The notes beneath the pieces were generated by a model. That model did not search any database, was not told the origin of the DNA, and was given only the letters and a program-made list of their open reading frames with translations. Position numbers and translations under genes: made by a program. Positions 8,087 to 8,605 of a stretch of DNA of 8,605 nt are shown here, in pieces (the stretch's first letter is position 1; each line of letters opens with the position of its first letter). The stretch spans positions 1 to 8,605 of the IMG/VR virus record IMGVR_UViG_2737471841_000007. One strand, written 5' to 3'. This stretch comes from a virus. Lineage: Duplodnaviria > Heunggongvirae > Uroviricota > Caudoviricetes.

Positions 8087-8605
8087 TCACTTTGGCAGCC
8101 CGGGGATCGATATTTGCGCCTGCTGCTCAAGCCTTTCGATTCTTGCTATGAGTTGCGGTTTTTTGATCCTGCCCCAGCGGTTCAGCAAGCGTCCTGACAT
8201 ACTGGCAACATCCTTTTCCTTCATGAACTCCAGCATTAACTCGTTGTGCTCTCTTTGGTATGAGTGAGCCATCTCCATCAGCCTGTCACGCATCCAATTA
8301 AATGCTTTGATAAACGCCTCTTTGATGGCGGCAGCTTTTTTGCCGGTAAACGACATGATGATGTACATCGCGCCGTCTTTGGAAATTTCATATTCAACAT
8401 ACTGATTACCCTTGTGTTCATAGGTAACCCGCGAAAAGTTGCTGGTTAGAAATTCATCCGAACAGTCTAGCTTTTCGATTTTCTGAATGATGTGGTGATG
8501 CTGCTTGTCGAAGTAAGCTGCTACCTTGCGGGAGGTTGTGATCACGCGATCACCAGAAACAACCACCATGTCCCGGAAATCGAGATTAGCCAATTGATGA
8601 TTCAT
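8087..8605 (-). CDS. rha: Rha-family phage regulatory protein
   Basis: 172-aa ORF, ATG at the window edge (8603..8605), stop TGA at 8087..8089. The N-terminal segment ..VVVSGDRVITTSRKVAAYFDKQHHHIIQKIEKL.. fits the Rha-domain pattern (V.T.SR.VAE.FGK.H..V.R.I..L). Position upstream of ORF80 and terS matches P22 orf201/rha. Because the start coincides with the window end, no RBS is visible. Confidence 0.7.
   Translation of the reverse strand: MNHQLANLDFRDMVVVSGDRVITTSRKVAAYFDKQHHHIIQKIEKLDCSDEFLTSNFSRVTYEHKGNQYVEYEISKDGAMYIIMSFTGKKAAAIKEAFIKAFNWMRDRLMEMAHSYQREHNELMLEFMKEKDVASMSGRLLNRWGRIKKPQLIARIERLEQQAQISIPGLPK

Noticed and set aside
272-8449. Plus-strand ORFs in the track nested inside the minus-strand genes (272..493, 1711..1980, 2730..2960, 2833..3093, 4037..4264, 4272..4604, 4360..4581, 5289..5471, 5653..5901, 6013..6318, 6487..6792, 6897..7148, 8264..8449)
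   Set aside because: All lie antisense within long ORFs that have clear homology or motifs, lack convincing RBSs, and have odd compositions (Cys/Leu/Arg-rich) typical of antisense frames. No evidence they are genes.
1-8605. CRISPR arrays, tRNA or rRNA genes, att sites, defence systems
   Set aside because: No regularly spaced direct repeats, no tRNA-like cloverleaf candidates in the intergenic regions, and no ORF with recognisable defence, toxin or integrase motifs. The window is entirely phage late-region sequence.

Overview
This 8.6-kb window reads as the late region (packaging genes through tailspike) of a P22-like temperate podovirus prophage, almost all on the minus strand. In transcription order: a Rha-family regulator (8087..8605), an ORF80-like small gene (7492..7734), small terminase (6968..7462), large terminase (5491..6990, Walker A GNQLGKS), a portal gene cut off after about 33 conserved codons (5302..5490), the start-less 3' part of an Ala/Gln-rich ejection-protein-like gene (4775..5398), an intact 759-aa ejection-like protein (2496..4775), a convergent plus-strand mnt repressor (2146..2406), and the tailspike (1..2010). 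The main finding is that the whole head/tail assembly block expected between portal and the ejection proteins is absent, with a single junction near 5385..5401, while every gene flanking the junction is intact. The tailspike is mosaic, with a P22-type N-terminal particle-binding domain joined to an unrelated, AT-richer receptor-binding domain. No tRNA, CRISPR array, IS element or recognisable defence gene was seen. All homology statements rest on my recall of P22 protein sequences and gene order, not on a database search.
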